A stretch of 64,000 nt of DNA from Caldilineae bacterium (lineage in GTDB: Bacteria; Chloroflexota; Anaerolineae; Epilineales; Epilineaceae): NCBI GenBank assembly GCA_020634625.1, contig JACKBJ010000001.1, forward strand, positions 153,276-217,275. Reading direction: 5' to 3'. Made by a program: the position numbers and the translations under genes. Shown one piece after another: positions 60,418 to 64,000 of the stretch. The stretch's first letter is position 1, and each line of letters starts with the position of its first letter. Below the pieces are notes generated by a model. The model did not search any database, was not told where the DNA came from, and worked only from the letters and a program-made list of their open reading frames with translations.

Positions 60418-62121
60418 ATGGACATCAACGGCAAGACCGCACTCGTGCTGGGGGGCGCCGGCCTGGTTGGCCGGGCCGTCTGCCACGAGCTGATCCGAGA
60501 GGGCGTCGGGACGCTGCTGATCGGAGGGTTGACCGAAGCCGAAGCCCGCGAGGCCGCCGACGATCTCGGGCGCCTGCACCCGGACAGCCCATCGATCCTG
60601 CGGCCGATATGGGGCAACGTCTTCGTTCGCGACAGCCTGGCCGACATTCCGCCGGGCGCGCTGCGCGGCGACCCGGTGCTGCGCAACCAGCTGCTGACCG
60701 ACGCGCTGGACGATCTCACCGACGAGGTCTATCTGGCGTCGCACCTGGTCCAGCTGATCCTGGGTCAGAGCCCCCAAGCGCCGGGTCTGCGGCCGCAGAT
60801 CGTCATCGACGCGATCAACACGGCCACGGCCCTGGCCTACGGCGGGCTCTACCAGACCATCCAGCGGACGCTCGCCAAGCGCAAGGCCGGCGACAGCGGC
60901 GCGTTGTTGGAGGAGGTCGACGAGATGCTCGCCTCCTTCGCCATTCCCTGGCTGGTCCGACACGTGCAGCTGACCAGCCAGGCGATGATCCAGGCCGGCA
61001 CCCGCGCCTACGTCAAGATCGGCACCACCGGCACCGGCGGCATGGGCCTGAACATTCCCTACACGCATGGCGAGGAGAAGCCCTCGCGGGTGCTGCTCTC
61101 GAAGTCGGCCCTGGCGGGTGCGCACTCGATGCTGCTGCTGCTCTTCGCCCGAACGCCCGGCGCGCCGGCCGTCAAGGAGATCAAGCCGGCGGCGGCCATC
61201 ACCTGGAAGCGCATCCAGCACGGGCCGATCGTGCACCGCGGCCAGGCGATGGGGCGCTACGACTGCCGACCCGAGGACGCCGTGTCGCTCGCACCGGGCA
61301 GCGCCTTCGCGCTCGAGGGCGCCGGCCAGCATTCGGGCGAGCCGCTCGAGAGCACCTTCATCGACACCGGCGAGAACGGGCTGTTCAGCTTGGGCGAGTA
61401 CACCGCGATCACGGCGCTGGGTCAGATGGAAGCCGTCACGCCCGAGGAGATCGCGGCCGCGGTGCGCCGCGAGCTGCGCGGCGAGACGACCGGGACCGAC
61501 ATCGTGGCCGCCCTGGACAGCACCGTGATGGGGCCGAGCTACCGGGCCGGCGTCCTGCGCAGCCATGCCATCACCGAGGCGAGGGCCATGGAGTCGCGCG
61601 GCGGCGTGCCCTCCATCGCCTTCGAGATCCTTGGCCCCCCACGCCTGTCGAAGCTGCTCTACGAGGCCGAAATCCTGCGGCTGGCCTACGGATCGCTGCG
61701 AGCGCTGGCCGACAGCGAGGCAGCCGACATCGCCCAGCGCATGGAACAGCGCCTGCTCGAGGCCGATCCGCTGCGTCAGGCCGCCATCTCCGTCGGCATC
61801 CCCATCCTGCTCTCGGACGGTAAGCGCCTGCTCTGCGCCAAGCGCGATCTGAGCCAGCACCGCTGGGAGCAGCCCGGATGGACCGTCGACGCGGCGGCGA
61901 TCGAACGCTATTGTCATGCCGATTGGATCGACTTGAGGCCGGCCAACGCCGCCCGATGGCGAGCCCGCGCCGAGCACATGCTGGCCCAGCAATCGGCCGA
62001 GTCGGCCACCGGATTGACCGGCTCGCAGCTGGACCGGCGCTTCCAGGACCAGGCCTTCGACATCGGCGAGATCGCGGCCTGGATCTTCATCCACGAGGAC
62101 GAGGGCCGGCGGATCCACTAG
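60418..62121 (+). CDS. Uncharacterised 567-aa protein with N-terminal Rossmann NAD(P)-binding fold
   Basis: [27 protein letters not shown] (GxGxxG). Other conserved-looking blocks are [39 protein letters not shown] and [16 protein letters not shown] cannot assign these to a known family. Strong GC3 bias. Confidence 0.8.
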   Translation: MDINGKTALVLGGAGLVGRAVCHELIREGVGTLLIGGLTEAEAREAADDLGRLHPDSPSILRPIWGNVFVRDSLADIPPGALRGDPVLRNQLLTDALDDLTDEVYLASHLVQLILGQSPQAPGLRPQIVIDAINTATALAYGGLYQTIQRTLAKRKAGDSGALLEEVDEMLASFAIPWLVRHVQLTSQAMIQAGTRAYVKIGTTGTGGMGLNIPYTHGEEKPSRVLLSKSALAGAHSMLLLLFARTPGAPAVKEIKPAAAITWKRIQHGPIVHRGQAMGRYDCRPEDAVSLAPGSAFALEGAGQHSGEPLESTFIDTGENGLFSLGEYTAITALGQMEAVTPEEIAAAVRRELRGETTGTDIVAALDSTVMGPSYRAGVLRSHAITEARAMESRGGVPSIAFEILGPPRLSKLLYEAEILRLAYGSLRALADSEAADIAQRMEQRLLEADPLRQAAISVGIPILLSDGKRLLCAKRDLSQHRWEQPGWTVDAAAIERYCHADWIDLRPANAARWRARAEHMLAQQSAESATGLTGSQLDRRFQDQAFDIGEIAAWIFIHEDEGRRIH

Positions 62122-62188
62122 CCGCCTTGTCGCCACCGAGGCGCCGTCGGCCAGCCGGCCGCGGCAGCCCATGGAGAGACCGAGCGTC

Positions 62189-63397
62189 ATGAACGAAGTC
62201 TGGGTCGTCGATGCCTTGCGCACTCCGGTCGGCCGCATCCGCGGCGGCTTGTCCGCGCTGCGTCCGGACGACCTGGGCGCCATCGTCATCCGAGCCCTGG
62301 TCGAGCGCAGCGGGGTCGATGCGGAACGCATCGAGGACATCTTCTGGGGCTGCGCCAACCAGGCCGGCGAAGACAACCGCAACGTCGGACGGATGAGCGC
62401 GCTCCTGGCCGGCCTGCCGGACAGCGTTCCGGCCACCACCCTGAACCGACTCTGCGGATCGAGCCTGGATGCCCTGGCGCAGGCCAGCCGAATGCTGGCC
62501 GTCGGCGACGGCGACTTCGCCATCGCCGGCGGGGTCGAGAGCATGACCCGCGCCCCCCTGTCGCTGCCCAAGGGCGCCCAGGCCTTCGCCAACGGCAACC
62601 TGACCGCCTACGACACCACGCTCGGCTGGCGCTACCCGAATCCCGCGCTGGCCGCCCGCTTCCCGCTCGAGTCGATGGGCGAGACGGCCGAGAACATCTA
62701 CGAGCAGACCGGCATCTCCCGCGAACGGCAGGATGCCTTCGCCTACCAGAGCCACCAGCGCGCCCTGGCCGCCTGGTCGGCCGGGAGCTTCGAGGCCGAG
62801 GTGGTCGCCGTCGAGGTGGCGGGACGCAAGGGCCAGGTCACGCGCGTCGAACGCGACGAGGGCCCGCGGGAGGACACCAGCCTGGAGGTCCTGGCGGGCT
62901 TGCGCCCGGTCTTCCGCGCCGGGGGCAGCGTCACCGCCGGCAACAGCTCCAGCCTCAACGACGGCTCGGCCGCGATCCTGCTGGCCACGCGCCGCGCCGC
63001 CGAAGCGGCCGGGCTACGGCCGATGGCCCGCGTCGTCGCCTCCGCCGCGGCGGGCGTCGATCCACGCTTGATGGGCTTGGGACCGGTCCCGGCCACGCGC
63101 AAGGCCCTGGATCGCGCCGGCCTGACGATCGGCGACATCGACCTGGTCGAGCTCAACGAGGCCTTCGCGGTGCAGTCGCTGGCCGTGCTGGAGCAGCTGG
63201 GCTTCGACCCGGCGATCGTCAACGTCAACGGCGGGGCCATCGCCATCGGGCACCCGCTGGGATGCTCGGGTGCCCGCATCGCCACCACCCTGCTTCACGA
63301 GATGCGCCGCCGCGGCGGCGCCTGCCGATACGGCCTGGCCACCATGTGCATCGGCGTCGGCCAGGGCGTCGCCACCGTCTTCGAGAACCTGTCCTGA
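62189..63397 (+). CDS. Acetyl-CoA C-acyltransferase / 3-ketoacyl-CoA thiolase (PaaJ/FadA-like)
   Basis: ORF track 62171..63397. I prefer the ATG at 62189 ([16 protein letters not shown]). [11 protein letters not shown] (active-site Cys), [28 protein letters not shown]. Confidence 0.93.
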   Translation: MNEVWVVDALRTPVGRIRGGLSALRPDDLGAIVIRALVERSGVDAERIEDIFWGCANQAGEDNRNVGRMSALLAGLPDSVPATTLNRLCGSSLDALAQASRMLAVGDGDFAIAGGVESMTRAPLSLPKGAQAFANGNLTAYDTTLGWRYPNPALAARFPLESMGETAENIYEQTGISRERQDAFAYQSHQRALAAWSAGSFEAEVVAVEVAGRKGQVTRVERDEGPREDTSLEVLAGLRPVFRAGGSVTAGNSSSLNDGSAAILLATRRAAEAAGLRPMARVVASAAAGVDPRLMGLGPVPATRKALDRAGLTIGDIDLVELNEAFAVQSLAVLEQLGFDPAIVNVNGGAIAIGHPLGCSGARIATTLLHEMRRRGGACRYGLATMCIGVGQGVATVFENLS

Positions 63398-63407
63398 GAG
63401 GAACCGC

Positions 63408-64000
63408 ATGGCCGACTTCGATCGTACCGCCTATCCGCTGGTCATCAACAACGAATCGCGTCCCGCGAGCACGGGCGAGACCTTCGCCAGCGTCAATCCG
63501 GCGACGGGCGAACACCTGGCCGACATCGCGTCGGCCGCTCCGTCCGACGTCGATGCCGCGGTGGCCGCCGCACGGGCCAGCTTCGACGGCGGCGGCTGGG
63601 CCCGAACCAACCCGCAGAAGCGCACCCGGCTGCTGTTCAAGCTGGCCGACCTGCTCTGGGCGAACCTGGACGCGCTGGCCCGGCTCGAGGCGCGCGAGAT
63701 CGGCAAGGCCATCAGCTCGGTCAAGGCCGAGATCATGCAGGGCGCCAGCGAGCTCGAGTTCTTCGCCGGCGCGGCCACCAAGATCCGTGGCGAGACCAAC
63801 GCCGCGCCGCACGGCTTCGTCAACTACACCCATCGCGAAGCCATCGGGGTCTGCGCGCTGATCGTCCCGTGGAACTACCCCTTGATGACCACCCTGCGCA
63901 AGCTCGGACCGGCGCTGGCCGCCGGCAACACCGTCGTCATCAAGCCGGCCAGCCAGTCGGCGATGTCGGCCATCGTCATGGCCGAGCTGGCGGTCGAGGC
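63408..64000 (+). CDS. NAD(P)-dependent aldehyde dehydrogenase (3' partial, runs off the window)
   Basis: Not in the ORF track because there is no stop. ATG at 63408 after GAGAGGAA. MADFDRTAYPLVINNESRPASTGETFASVNPATGE..., IVPWNYPL, KLGPALAAGNTVVIKPA. Confidence 0.88.
   Translation, partial: MADFDRTAYPLVINNESRPASTGETFASVNPATGEHLADIASAAPSDVDAAVAAARASFDGGGWARTNPQKRTRLLFKLADLLWANLDALARLEAREIGKAISSVKAEIMQGASELEFFAGAATKIRGETNAAPHGFVNYTHREAIGVCALIVPWNYPLMTTLRKLGPALAAGNTVVIKPASQSAMSAIVMAELAVE

Noticed and set aside
56591-62598. Minus-strand ORFs 56591..58408 (605 aa), 58479..60302 (607 aa) and 59983..62598 (871 aa)
   Set aside because: They are antisense to the tightly coupled plus-strand operon, whose enzymes carry clear crotonase, 3HCDH and thiolase motifs. 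The translations are low-complexity.

Overview
High-GC bacterial chromosomal window, almost fully coding. Hand-counted 60-nt lines give 46/60 G+C in murJ at 47521, against 28-31/60 inside the islet at 51061 and 51781. I support 49 CDSs (one partial at each window edge), one degraded IS/HTH remnant, a few promoter-like and terminator-like elements, and one short tandem repeat. I saw no rRNA, tRNA or CRISPR array. Recognisable core genes are a class A PBP, uvrA, argF, cdaA-cdaR, an ECF sigma/anti-sigma pair, a CysRS/MshC-like ligase, acpP, fni plus a polyprenyl synthase, a CBS-type PLP enzyme, murJ, and a tightly coupled beta-oxidation/paa-like operon. There are also several very large secreted beta-helix, glycoside-hydrolase and BNR-like proteins. 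The regions I consider most worth a second look are: (1) a ~5-kb low-GC islet (48.8-53.9 kb) between murJ and a TPR/C39-like lipoprotein gene, carrying an LVIVD lipoprotein, three unrecognisable small proteins, long ORF-free spacers and an IS3-like HTH remnant; (2) an SbnI/SerK-like ParB-fold putative serine kinase 15 nt downstream of the CBS-type PLP enzyme; (3) a clear homolog of animal GTDC1/QTMAN (DUF3524 glycosyltransferase) sitting directly after cdaA-cdaR; (4) unknown genes embedded by ATGA/GTGA overlaps inside the beta-oxidation operon, namely a kappa-GST/DsbA-like protein, a Rossmann-less 3HCDH protein, two tiny membrane proteins and a 567-aa Rossmann protein; (5) an ECF sigma module wired to a signal-peptide-bearing bactofilin-like/polytopic fusion protein that has a paralog elsewhere in the window. 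Many of the longest ORFs in the track are antisense shadow ORFs typical of high-GC DNA and were rejected. All family assignments come from motif recognition by eye. No database search was run.
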